Assembly (NCBI GenBank): GCA_963759805.1
Contig: CAVXAT010000008.1
Location: 32,001-96,000, forward strand
From: an uncultured bacterium
Lineage (GTDB): Bacteria; Babelota; Babeliae; Babelales; RVW-14
Direction of reading: 5' to 3'
Length of the DNA stretch: 64,000 bases
Made by a program: the position numbers and the translations under genes. This document shows positions 50,878 through 60,084 of the stretch, one piece after another. The notes under the pieces are model-generated. The model saw nothing but the letters and a program-made list of their open reading frames with translations. It searched no databases and had not been told where the DNA came from. Each line of letters begins with the position of its first letter. Within the stretch, counting starts at the first letter, position 1.

Positions 50878-52035
50878 CTATTTTAAATTATTTTCGATCA
50901 GAAATTGCTCCGCTTGCAACGAATTTATAAAACAAAATCCATGGGCTGCTTTTATTCTACTACTTTGGTGTTTATCAAAGTAGTCACTACCAATCAATAT
51001 TTTTACTTTTTGGTACTGCGCATGCATTATTTGCTGCATGGCATCACAAAATGGGCCGTTAAAGTTGGGCATCGGAAAGACTGCCTTAACCTGGGATTTA
51101 TAAGAGTTATGAAAAACATTTCGCAATGAATAAAAATCATTTATAGTAACGGGAAAAAATAAATTTACTTCTGCCGGCTCAAATTGGCACCAAACATTTC
51201 TGTATTCCCAAACCGTTAACTTTTTAGTAGGATTTTTTTGCAAATAATGCGCAATTGCCTGACTAACTACCTTGAAAACTTTCATATGCGTTTTATGTCC
51301 ACGCTCACCTTCCGACGCAAGCGTCACTACATCCGGATCTATTTTTTCAAGAAGCTCCACAACCTTTTTTATGTCTTGGGAAAAGTCAAAATTTTCATCT
51401 TTGCTTGAGTAAAAACTAAGCTTCATGTGACTAATATCTGAATCGCCTACTCCAAGATGTCCCCAGGCAATCCCCTCCTCCCAATCGCGAATAAGGCCCT
51501 TGAGCGTTCTTATCCTATCGCTTGAGCCATTGCTGATCTCCTGCTTTATCAGTATAAGCGCATCAGATAGGCGCGCTCGTGGTGAGCCTGCCGAACCATC
51601 CGTAGTAGCCTTGGCGTAGACGGACGCGCCAGCATTCAGAAAAAGTTCACCATAAACCTGCAAAATATCTCTAGTCATACGAGTTGCTTTTGCAATCTCT
51701 TGAATTTTTGGATCATCTTTTGAAATGCCTTCAAAAAACATTTTAGTTTCGTAATTTTTGTCAGTACCAAAATTAAAATTATCAAAAATAATAGTTTCTA
51801 AACTTTCCAGATTTTTAATTAAATATTCATCAGATATAGAATTAAAACCGGCAGTCATGGTTGCAAAATGGTGCGAGGATCCTGTATTAAGAACCAAGTG
51901 CTGCACAATTGGAAAATACGCAAGCATAGTATCATCATGATGTGGTGTGGTATGTAAAAATCTCTTCTTTGAAAAATCTTGTAACGTTGAGTCTACTTTT
52001 AGCTTTAAATCATCTGGCTTTAAATCATTAACCAT
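50878..52035 (-). CDS. Stand-alone PIG-L/LmbE-like domain related to the C-terminus of long glucosamine-6-phosphate deaminases; 20-aa repeat-derived insertion
   Basis: LHTTPHHDDTMLAY, TAGFNS, THMKV, YRNVW, SQVKAVFP..GPF. Confidence 0.6.
   Translation of the reverse strand: MVNDLKPDDLKLKVDSTLQDFSKKRFLHTTPHHDDTMLAYFPIVQHLVLNTGSSHHFATMTAGFNSISDEYLIKNLESLETIIFDNFNFGTDKNYETKMFFEGISKDDPKIQEIAKATRMTRDILQVYGELFLNAGASVYAKATTDGSAGSPRARLSDALILIKQEISNGSSDRIRTLKGLIRDWEEGIAWGHLGVGDSDISHMKLSFYSSKDENFDFSQDIKKVVELLEKIDPDVVTLASEGERGHKTHMKVFKVVSQAIAHYLQKNPTKKLTVWEYRNVWCQFEPAEVNLFFPVTINDFYSLRNVFHNSYKSQVKAVFPMPNFNGPFCDAMQQIMHAQYQKVKILIGSDYFDKHQSSRIKAAHGFCFINSLQAEQFLIENNLK
51570..51630. repeat. Palindromic unit inserted in frame in CDS 50878-52035
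   Basis: GGCGCG...CGCGCC ends; GCTCGTGGTGAGCCTGCCGAACCA plus TCCGTAGTAGCCTTGGCGTAGACGGA. Confidence 0.8.
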
Positions 52036-52211
52036 TCAAAATCCTTAAAAATCGTCATTTATAATCGCCCGTAAGATTGGTAATGAGCAGTTTGCAGCAA
52101 TTTAACACGAAAAACAATCCGATTAATGGTTTTTTATGAAATTATGCTAATTTATGCTATATTTCCACATGAGTTATGTAAATATAGAAAATCGATATGG
52201 AAGGAGTTTTC

Positions 52212-55055
52212 ATGCATAAATTACCACCTGAGACATCACATAAAATATCACGCGATGCATTATTTATCGTTGATGGATCATATCTTCTTTACAGATCATT
52301 TTATGCATTAAAACCACTTTACACAGCCGAGGGGATTCAAACACAAGCAATTTATGGCTTCTGCCGCACAATCAAAAAATTTGTCGACGAATTTGATCCT
52401 CAAAATATAGTCGTTGCCTGGGACCATAAAGGCAAGACTTTTCGAAGCGAAATTTATACCGAGTACAAGGCCACACGCCAAGCTCCTCCCAATGAACTTT
52501 TTGCGCAAAAAGAAGAGATAATAAAATTTCTTGATTTGATTGGAATCTGCCAGGTATCCATACAGGGGTATGAGGCAGACGATCTGATTTATTCAATCGT
52601 AAAAGATACTCAAGACAAAGATAAAAACAAAGAGATTGTTAAAGAAATTGTTATTGTTTGTCCCGACAAAGATCTGTTTCAATTACTAGGCAAAAATGTT
52701 GTAGTGTTCGATCCGTTTAAAGAACGCTTGATTGACAAAAAGACTTACGAAGAGGAACGCGGAATTAAGGTAGATCGAATTAATTTATACTACTCGCTGC
52801 TTGGTGATACATCAGATAACATCCCGGGAGTAGCAGGAATTGGAGAAAAAACGGCAAAAGAGCTTGTAAATCAATTTGAATCGCTTGAAGATATTTACAA
52901 AAATCTCGATAAGATTGAGAAAGAACGAATAAGAAAAAATCTTGAAGAGCACAAAGATGATGCATTTTTAAGCACCAAACTTTTTACACTGAAATATCAT
53001 GAAATTTCACTTACTGATAAAGATTATAAATTTGATAAAAGCAACTGGAATAAGACAGGCGATTTTTTCCGCAAATTTGACTTCAAAAGTCTTTTGAAAA
53101 CCATCTCTGTGAAAGAACAAAAGGCTATTAGTTCTGGCGAACATCAAGGTTCTTTATTTGATTTTTCGTCCGAGACACCTGTTTCTGCTAGTGAAGAAAA
53201 AGACAAGTCCAAAGCTGTTAATTATTCTACATGGTCATGCATTCTGGTCCAAACACCCGAAACTCTTGAAAAGATGCTAAAAGAGTTAAAAGAGTCAGAT
53301 ATTTTTGCTCTTGATACTGAAACTACAGGTGGAGATTCGCTTCGAAATGAATTAGTAGGCTTTTCCGTCGCTGTTAATAAAAAAGAGGCTTACTATGTTC
53401 CACTTGCTCATATAAATCTCGAAGGCGAGCCCCAACTCAATCGAGAAGAGACACTTGCAACATTAAAACCGATTTTTGAAAGCAAAAAAATCAAAAAAGT
53501 TTTGCACAATGCCAAGTTTGATAAATTGGTTCTTTCACAATATGACATTGAGTTGCAAAATACTGTTTTTGACACACTGATTGCAGCATCCTTGGTCAAA
53601 AAAGAGTGGCAGAAAATTAATTTAAAAGCACTGTCCGATTTTTATCTTGGCGAACCGATGCAAAAATTCAAAGATGTCATTGGAAACAAATATAAAACAT
53701 TTGCAGAGGTTCCAATTTTGCAGGGATCAATGTATGGAGCGCATGACGCCCTACAAACATTTAAATTAATGCCAATTTTAGAGAACGAGCTGAATCAAGA
53801 TCCAAAATTGAAAAAGCTTTTTGAAGATATCGAAATGCCATTATTTGAAGTTCTTACAAAGATGGAAAAACATGGCATAGAACTCGATGCCGAAAAATTA
53901 GCAGAGATTGGCAAAGAAGTTGAAAAGGAGATACACAAAGTTGAAAATAAAATATTTGGAGCGTTTGAAGGAATTGAAGAGATAAAAGCCTCTGAGATAA
54001 ATTTGAACTCTCCTCAGCAAATTGAGAAGTTATTATTTGATCACCTAGGGCTTAACCATGTAAAAAAAAGCGCAACCGGACGTCGTTCTACTGACCAGGA
54101 GGTCTTAGAAGAGTTAAGCAATTTACATCCAATTCCAGGCTTGATTTTGAAATATCGAGAGCTGTCAAAGCTTAAAAATACTTATATCGAGCCACTACCA
54201 ACATTTGTTAATCCCAAAACAGGCCGCGTACATACAACATACAGCCAAACGTTTGTGGCAACCGGACGACTCTCAAGCCAAGAACCAAATCTTCAAAACA
54301 TCCCGACGGGAGATGGCCCTGGAGCACAAATTCGAGCTGCATTTGTAGCCCCACGTGGATATCGATTCTTATCAGCTGACTACTCCCAAATTGAGCTACG
54401 CGTGCTTGCACACATGACAAAAGATGACAATCTTACAGACGCCTTTTTGCATGACAAGGACATTCACGCCCAGACTGCCTCACAGCTTTTTGATGTCCCC
54501 GTTGATAAGGTAACACATGAGCAACGCCAACTTGGCAAACGGATCAATTTTAGCATCATTTATGGCCTAACTCCCTACGGATTGTCAAAAGATCTCGGAA
54601 TTAAACCCAGCGAAGCAAAAGAGTACATCGAAAAGTACTTTAAACAGTACCCAATGGTTCTGGAATGGATCAATCAAACCGTGGAAACTGCCGTTAAAAA
54701 CGGGTATACCCAAACTTGGATGGGTAGACGCAGGTATATTGCAGATCTGGCAGAAACCAACAAAAATCTGTTCGAAGCAGGCAAACGCGTTGCAATCAAT
54801 AGCCCGGTACAGGGAACATCGGCTGAAATTATCAAAATTGCAATGATTAATGTCGATCAAGCATTTTCTGATAAAAAGCTTGATGCAGCCATTATTTTAC
54901 AAATTCACGACGAGTTAATTATTCAGATGCATGCCGACATTGCAGATGAAATTGAAAAATTGGTCACAAAAGAGATGGAGAACGTCATTGACTGGGAGAT
55001 TCCATTCAAAGTTTCAACCCGAATTGGTAAAAACTGGGGGGATATCACTAAATAA
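52212..55055 (+). CDS. polA: DNA polymerase I
   Basis: 5'-3' exo (VDGS, EADD, GDTSDNIPGV), 3'-5' exo (LDTETTG, HNAKFD), polymerase (TGRLSS, ADYSQIELR, QIHDEL); AAGGAG RBS. Confidence 0.97.
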   Translation: MHKLPPETSHKISRDALFIVDGSYLLYRSFYALKPLYTAEGIQTQAIYGFCRTIKKFVDEFDPQNIVVAWDHKGKTFRSEIYTEYKATRQAPPNELFAQKEEIIKFLDLIGICQVSIQGYEADDLIYSIVKDTQDKDKNKEIVKEIVIVCPDKDLFQLLGKNVVVFDPFKERLIDKKTYEEERGIKVDRINLYYSLLGDTSDNIPGVAGIGEKTAKELVNQFESLEDIYKNLDKIEKERIRKNLEEHKDDAFLSTKLFTLKYHEISLTDKDYKFDKSNWNKTGDFFRKFDFKSLLKTISVKEQKAISSGEHQGSLFDFSSETPVSASEEKDKSKAVNYSTWSCILVQTPETLEKMLKELKESDIFALDTETTGGDSLRNELVGFSVAVNKKEAYYVPLAHINLEGEPQLNREETLATLKPIFESKKIKKVLHNAKFDKLVLSQYDIELQNTVFDTLIAASLVKKEWQKINLKALSDFYLGEPMQKFKDVIGNKYKTFAEVPILQGSMYGAHDALQTFKLMPILENELNQDPKLKKLFEDIEMPLFEVLTKMEKHGIELDAEKLAEIGKEVEKEIHKVENKIFGAFEGIEEIKASEINLNSPQQIEKLLFDHLGLNHVKKSATGRRSTDQEVLEELSNLHPIPGLILKYRELSKLKNTYIEPLPTFVNPKTGRVHTTYSQTFVATGRLSSQEPNLQNIPTGDGPGAQIRAAFVAPRGYRFLSADYSQIELRVLAHMTKDDNLTDAFLHDKDIHAQTASQLFDVPVDKVTHEQRQLGKRINFSIIYGLTPYGLSKDLGIKPSEAKEYIEKYFKQYPMVLEWINQTVETAVKNGYTQTWMGRRRYIADLAETNKNLFEAGKRVAINSPVQGTSAEIIKIAMINVDQAFSDKKLDAAIILQIHDELIIQMHADIADEIEKLVTKEMENVIDWEIPFKVSTRIGKNWGDITK

Positions 55056-55066
55056 GGGAATTTGAT

Positions 55067-55094
55067 TTGACTTTTGTCCCAAAAAAGGCATAAT
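55067..55094 (+). promoter_or_regulatory. Putative sigma70 promoter for rpmA-secF
   Basis: TTGACT-N16-CATAAT. Confidence 0.45.
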
Positions 55095-55189
55095 TAAAAC
55101 ATTAAAAACAGAGATGGTGAGTTTCAGGTTTTATTCGATGGTTAAAAGCAAAAATAACCCTTTTAAGATATGAAAAGTTAGGAATTGCG

Positions 55190-55450
55190 ATGGCAACGAG
55201 TAAAAGTGGTGGTTCTACAAGTAACGGCCGCGAGAGTATAAGCAAACGGCTTGGATGCAAGAGATTTGATGGACAGATGGTTCTATGCGGTGAAATTCTG
55301 GTTCGTCAACGCGGAACAAAGGTGCATCCGGGCAAGAACGTTCTTCGCGGTGGCGATGATACTCTCTTTTCTGTGGCAACAGGAGTTGTAAAGTTCCATT
55401 CAGGATTGAAAGGCAGAAAGTTTGTATCTGTCGTTCCTTCTAATGGCTAA
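55190..55450 (+). CDS. rpmA: 50S ribosomal protein L27
   Basis: [39 protein letters not shown]. Confidence 0.96.
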   Translation: MATSKSGGSTSNGRESISKRLGCKRFDGQMVLCGEILVRQRGTKVHPGKNVLRGGDDTLFSVATGVVKFHSGLKGRKFVSVVPSNG

Positions 55451-55506
55451 AATATTAAGAGTAGTAGTTTTTTCTTTCTCAACCCAAGTCTTTTTATGGA
55501 GAGACA

Positions 55507-56420
55507 ATGCAGGTATCCACAAGGTCTACAAGATTTCATTTTAATTTTTTAAAGTATAGTAAAATTTGGATTGGCGTATCGATTGCCTATTTGGCCATTG
55601 GAATAGTAGCCTTCATCGTCATGGGAGGCTTTAAATATCACATTGATTTTACAGGTGGTGCTGAAATTCAAGTCTCTTTTGAAAAGCCAATTGATACGGC
55701 AACCGTCAGAAGTGTTGTAGCAAAGGCCGGTTGGAACCAAGCTATCATCCAGGAAATCGGTAGTACAAAAAAAGAGTTTTTAATTAAACTGGGCGGAGCA
55801 TTAGAAACAGGACTAGAAGACAAAGTTAAGTCTACCATCACAACAAACATACCTGAAAATAAACTTCGAGGTTAGAAATGTTGAATGGGTGGGGGCAGAG
55901 GTTAGCTCAGATACCACTTGGAACGCAATTTTAGGCCGTAGCATTATCTGTTCTTATTCTTTTACTTTATATGGCCTTTCGCTTTGAGTTTGCATTTGGA
56001 GTGGGTGCGGTGGTAGCACTTCTTCACGATTTACTGTTTGTTTTAGCCTTTATTTTAATCACAGGACAGCAGATATCGTTAAATGTTTTGGCAGCTGTTC
56101 TGGTAGTTCTTGGATATTCAGTTAATGACACTATTGTTATTTTCAGTAGAATGCGTGAAAATTTGAAAAAGATGCCCGAAGTTTCTGAATATGAAGTTGC
56201 AAATTTGAGCATTAATCAGACGTTAACCAGAACTATTTTGACAAGCTTTGCCACGATTTTATCTGTCTTGGCTATTCTATTTCTGGGTGGCACAACGTTG
56301 CATGATTTGTCTTTGATAATGTTTATAGGAATCGTTGTTGGAACATACTCTTCGATTTACATTGCCAGCCCCGTTATGTTGTTTATCAGATCATACAAAA
56401 AATCGAATCTCCCTAGCTAA
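55507..56420 (+). CDS. secF: Protein translocase subunit SecF; two apparent +1 indels at ~55861 and ~55934
   Basis: IDFTGG; intervening frame reads EVRNVEWVGAEVS; then FRFE, LLHD, GYSVNDTIVIFSRMREN, SINQTLTRT, GTYSSIYIASP. Confidence 0.9.
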
Positions 56421-56450
56421 TGTGTACTTGGAGAAAATGTTGAATTGTAT

Positions 56451-56480
56451 TTGACTTTTGGGGGCAATGCTTGCTATCAT
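56451..56480 (+). promoter_or_regulatory. Putative sigma70 promoter for rho-tsaD
   Basis: TTGACT-N18-TATCAT with extended -10 TG; shares TTTGACTTTTG with the rpmA promoter. Confidence 0.45.
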
Positions 56481-56620
56481 GTCCTCTGTGGTAGTGAGAA
56501 TCTAGTAAATAAAGCAGAATCATAACTTTCCTGCTTGAATTCGTTGAAATTTTGAAAAATTAAATAAATTATTTTCGATGGTCTTATATTATTGTCCCTT
56601 TAACTTAATGTTTTTTATTT

Positions 56621-58339
56621 ATGGTTAATTCAAATAACAAAAAAAACGGTTCTGCTCAGGCAGAAAAATCTGTAGAAAAAAATGAAAAGTCCAAGGCCCT
56701 TGATACAAAGGTTGATACAAAAGTTGATACAAAAAAGGCCAAGGAACTTTTGCTGCCAGAACTTGAAATTGGACCTGAAGTCGATACGCCTACTGATCTT
56801 GATACGCCTATTGAACGTATTGATGAGTATGTCCAAAATCTTGTAGCTCAAGAAGCTCAGGCCGTTCAAACTACACAACCTGAACCAACGCCCGCTCAAA
56901 AAGCACAAAGAGCCGCTGAAAAGGTAGTCGAAAAGATTAATGCTCGCATTCGGGCAGAGAAGGCCATGGATAAAAATTCCAGTGATGATGTTACAAATTC
57001 TGAACAGCAGACGGCTACAGAAGAGTCTGCAAACACAACCAAGGTTTCTATTGATGTTCAGGTTCTTAAAGAGATGAACATTACAAATTTAATCAGCTAT
57101 GCACAGGGTCTTGGTATACAAGGTGTTGCATCGCTAAAAAAACAGGAAATAATTTTTAAAATATTAGAAGCACAGTCAGATCAAAGAGTGGAAATATATG
57201 GGGAAGGAATTCTAGAAAAACTTCCTGACGGATTTGGCTTTTTACGTTCACCCAAATTTAGTTATGTCCCGGGACCGGACGACATCTATGTTTCACCTGC
57301 GCACCTTAAACGCTTCTGCTTACGTACGGGCGATGTTGTAAAAGGAACATTGCGTAAACCAAAAGAAGGCGAAAAATATTTTGCACTACAACGTGTTGAA
57401 AGTGTAAACTATGGGTCACCGCTTGCAAATGTAAACAAAACAGTTTTTGAAAATCTTACGCCTCTATTTCCCAACGAAAAATTTAAACTTGAATCCAATC
57501 CAAACGTAATATCAATGCGCATTATGGACATATTGGTGCCAATTGGTAAGGGTCAGCGTGGATTGATTGTTGCTCCTCCAAAAACAGGTAAGACCACTCT
57601 TTTAAAAGAGATTGCAAATTCAATTTTAACCAATCATCCGGAAGTTATAATGATGATTCTTTTAATTGATGAGCGACCTGAAGAAGTCACGGACATGGAA
57701 CGCTCTGTCAATACAGAGGTTATCAGCTCAACATTTGATGAATATGCGACTCGCCACGTTCAAGTATCAGAAATTGTTCTTGAAAAGGCAAAACGTTTGG
57801 TCGAAAGTGGTAAAGATGTTGTTATCCTACTTGATTCATTAACTCGTCTTGCTCGCGCATACAATACTCTCGCTCCTGCATCCGGTAAAGTTCTTACCGG
57901 TGGTATTGATGCAAATGCATTACAAAGACCAAAACGATTTTTTGGTGCAGCACGAAATGTTGAAGAGGGAGGATCTCTTACAATTTTATCAACGGCACTT
58001 GTTGAAACCGGATCGCGAATGGACGAAGTTATTTTTGAAGAATTTAAGGGAACAGGCAACATGGAAATTCACCTTACTCGTAAACTCTCCAATAAACGCT
58101 TATATCCGGCATTTGATCTCCAGGCTTCCGGAACTCGACGCGAGGAGCTTATGCTTTCCGAAACCGAACTTAACAACATGTGGGTATTACAAAAATTCCT
58201 TAGTTCAATGAATCTTGGTGAGGGCATGGAGTTCTTAACGGATAAGATGCGCAAAACCAAAACAAATGAAGAATTTTGGGATATGATGCTAAAGAAAAAA
58301 GGCAGTTCTACCAACGGGTCCGGATCTTCTACCAAATAA
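56621..58339 (+). CDS. rho: Transcription termination factor Rho with ~140-aa low-complexity N-terminal extension
   Basis: [62 protein letters not shown]. Confidence 0.97.
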   Translation: MVNSNNKKNGSAQAEKSVEKNEKSKALDTKVDTKVDTKKAKELLLPELEIGPEVDTPTDLDTPIERIDEYVQNLVAQEAQAVQTTQPEPTPAQKAQRAAEKVVEKINARIRAEKAMDKNSSDDVTNSEQQTATEESANTTKVSIDVQVLKEMNITNLISYAQGLGIQGVASLKKQEIIFKILEAQSDQRVEIYGEGILEKLPDGFGFLRSPKFSYVPGPDDIYVSPAHLKRFCLRTGDVVKGTLRKPKEGEKYFALQRVESVNYGSPLANVNKTVFENLTPLFPNEKFKLESNPNVISMRIMDILVPIGKGQRGLIVAPPKTGKTTLLKEIANSILTNHPEVIMMILLIDERPEEVTDMERSVNTEVISSTFDEYATRHVQVSEIVLEKAKRLVESGKDVVILLDSLTRLARAYNTLAPASGKVLTGGIDANALQRPKRFFGAARNVEEGGSLTILSTALVETGSRMDEVIFEEFKGTGNMEIHLTRKLSNKRLYPAFDLQASGTRREELMLSETELNNMWVLQKFLSSMNLGEGMEFLTDKMRKTKTNEEFWDMMLKKKGSSTNGSGSSTK

Positions 58340-58367
58340 ATTAGTTTACTGAATAAATTGGTCTAAA

Positions 58368-59414
58368 ATGACTCTGATTTTGGGAATTGAAACATCTTGT
58401 GATGAAACCGGAGCTGCCGTTTACAATTTGGAACAGCAGCGCATTTTATCAAACGTGCTTTTTTCCCAAATTAAAGAGCATGAAAAATACGGGGGCGTAG
58501 TTCCTGAAATCGCCTCCCGTTCTCAACTTGAAAAAATAAATCCTATTGTTTGCGCCGCTTTACAAAGCGCCAACATCTCAATTGATCAAATTGATGTTAT
58601 TGCCGTAGCGCAAGGCCCGGGTCTTGTGGGATCACTTTTTGTTGGACTCTGCTTTGCAAAGGGAATTGCATGGTCTTACAACAAAAAACTTGTTGGTGTA
58701 AACCATCTTGAAGCCCATGTTTTCTCGTCTTTTTTAACAAATAATCTAACAATCGAAAAAAACATTGGATTCCCCCATCTCTGTCTTTCTGTCTCCGGCG
58801 GACATACTTCACTTTATCTGGTTAATGATTTTGGGTCTTATGAAGTTGTTGGGCAGACAATCGACGATGCTGCAGGAGAGGCTTTTGATAAAATCGCTAA
58901 GATCCTAGGTTTTGGATATCCGGGAGGACCTGTAATCGAAAAATTAGCCCATCAGGCAGGATTTCAGGATTATTTTAAATATCCTCGTACAAAACCACAC
59001 GGAGATGAAGTCTTTTTTAGTTTTTCGGGCCTCAAAACCGCCGTACTTTATGATCTGGTCAGACGTGGTGCCTACGACTTAAACGTTGGCCCAATAATTC
59101 AAAATTTGGCGGATGAATTAAAACAGCAAGTTGCCAGTTCATTGCTTGTCTGTATTGGGGATATTTTTGTTAATAACGTTAAAATAGCATTCAAAAAATA
59201 TCCCAATATCAAAAGCTTCACATTTGTTGGCGGTGTTGCATGCAATAAGTATCTTCGTAGCCGCCTAGAATTAATATGTAATAAATATCAAAAAAGCTTC
59301 TTTTTTGCTCCGCCACAATTTTGCACGGATAACGCCGCAATGATTGCATTTGTGGGGGGATATAAAACTCTAAAAAACGAATTTTCTGATCTAACGCTAG
59401 ATGTTAAGATATAA
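58368..59414 (+). CDS. tsaD: tRNA N6-threonylcarbamoyltransferase
   Basis: GIETSCDET, GGVVPEIASR, NHLEAH, VSGGHT, DDAAGEAFDK, FSFSGLKT, GGVACN, CTDNAAMI. Confidence 0.96.
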   Translation: MTLILGIETSCDETGAAVYNLEQQRILSNVLFSQIKEHEKYGGVVPEIASRSQLEKINPIVCAALQSANISIDQIDVIAVAQGPGLVGSLFVGLCFAKGIAWSYNKKLVGVNHLEAHVFSSFLTNNLTIEKNIGFPHLCLSVSGGHTSLYLVNDFGSYEVVGQTIDDAAGEAFDKIAKILGFGYPGGPVIEKLAHQAGFQDYFKYPRTKPHGDEVFFSFSGLKTAVLYDLVRRGAYDLNVGPIIQNLADELKQQVASSLLVCIGDIFVNNVKIAFKKYPNIKSFTFVGGVACNKYLRSRLELICNKYQKSFFFAPPQFCTDNAAMIAFVGGYKTLKNEFSDLTLDVKI

Positions 59415-59991
59415 TGTCAGTTCTATAACTAGGTATATTTAGATTAGAGGCTTGTGGCTTGTTATTGTCGTGTCGCGTTCCGTTTGTCATGCTGAACTTG
59501 TTTCAGCATCCATGGATTAGTTGCTCCTATTGCCCAATTACAAAAATTTTGAATTATTTTATCTATGGATCCTGAAATAAATTCATAACTGTCCGAAGTG
59601 TTAAACGTAGCTTTGAATCGTCGGATGCGTATGGTTTTCATCGCGCTCGTCCTGAGTGATTTGCAAGCAACTTGTTGCTTAGCAAATCGTATCGAAGGAT
59701 AGAGCGCAACGGCGGATAGAATAAGTTTTTAGGGCGCACCCTTCGATACGCCTCGCAAGGCTCGGCACTCAGGGCGAGCGCCCTTGAGTGAGCACAACAA
59801 GCGTTCAGATGGCTTTTAAAGCACTTCGGACAGTTGTGAAACAAGTTCAGGATGACACAGTACTTCGGTGAAAGCATTTAACCTTATAAAGCACTTCGGA
59901 CAGTTATGAAATAAATTCAGGATGACAGATCTCTGATCCGAAGCCACTTTTTGCGTCCACAGCCCTTTTCCTAATTATCGAACTGGCGCTG
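59412..59991. mobile_element. MITE-like element, copy 4 (largest, nested)
   Basis: Left TAATGTCAGTTCTATAACT (overlaps tsaD stop), right AATTATCGAACTGGCGCTG (59973-59991); REP doublet with nested second element. Confidence 0.7.
59586..59906. mobile_element. Second, nested non-autonomous element with 15-bp perfect TIRs and 13-bp target duplication
   Basis: TGAAATAAATTCA|TAACTGTCCGAAGTG ... CACTTCGGACAGTTA|TGAAATAAATTCA; extra right end at ~59822-59836. Confidence 0.75.
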
Positions 59992-60023
59992 ATTATGTAG
60001 AATGGTATAACGTCAGTTCTATT

Positions 60024-60060
60024 AAAAAAGTCAGGGGCTTACAAGTGCAAGCCCCTTTTT
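60024..60060. terminator. Likely bidirectional intrinsic terminator
   Basis: AAAAAAgtc-AGGGGCTT-acaagtgc-AAGCCCCT-TTTT, downstream of convergent tsaD and 60085-64000. Confidence 0.7.
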
Positions 60061-60084
60061 CACGTCAAAGCAAATCGTCTAAAA

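Noticed and set aside
55855..55940. Programmed frameshifting or pseudogenisation of secF
   Set aside because: Two single extra bases in short runs (AAA, GG); deleting them gives a normal SecF. No slippery heptamer; most likely sequencing error.
60008..60022. Orphan left-TIR-like TAACGTCAGTTCTAT just after shell copy 4
   Set aside because: No partner end before the next gene; could be a remnant or a direct repeat of 59412, so not called as an element.
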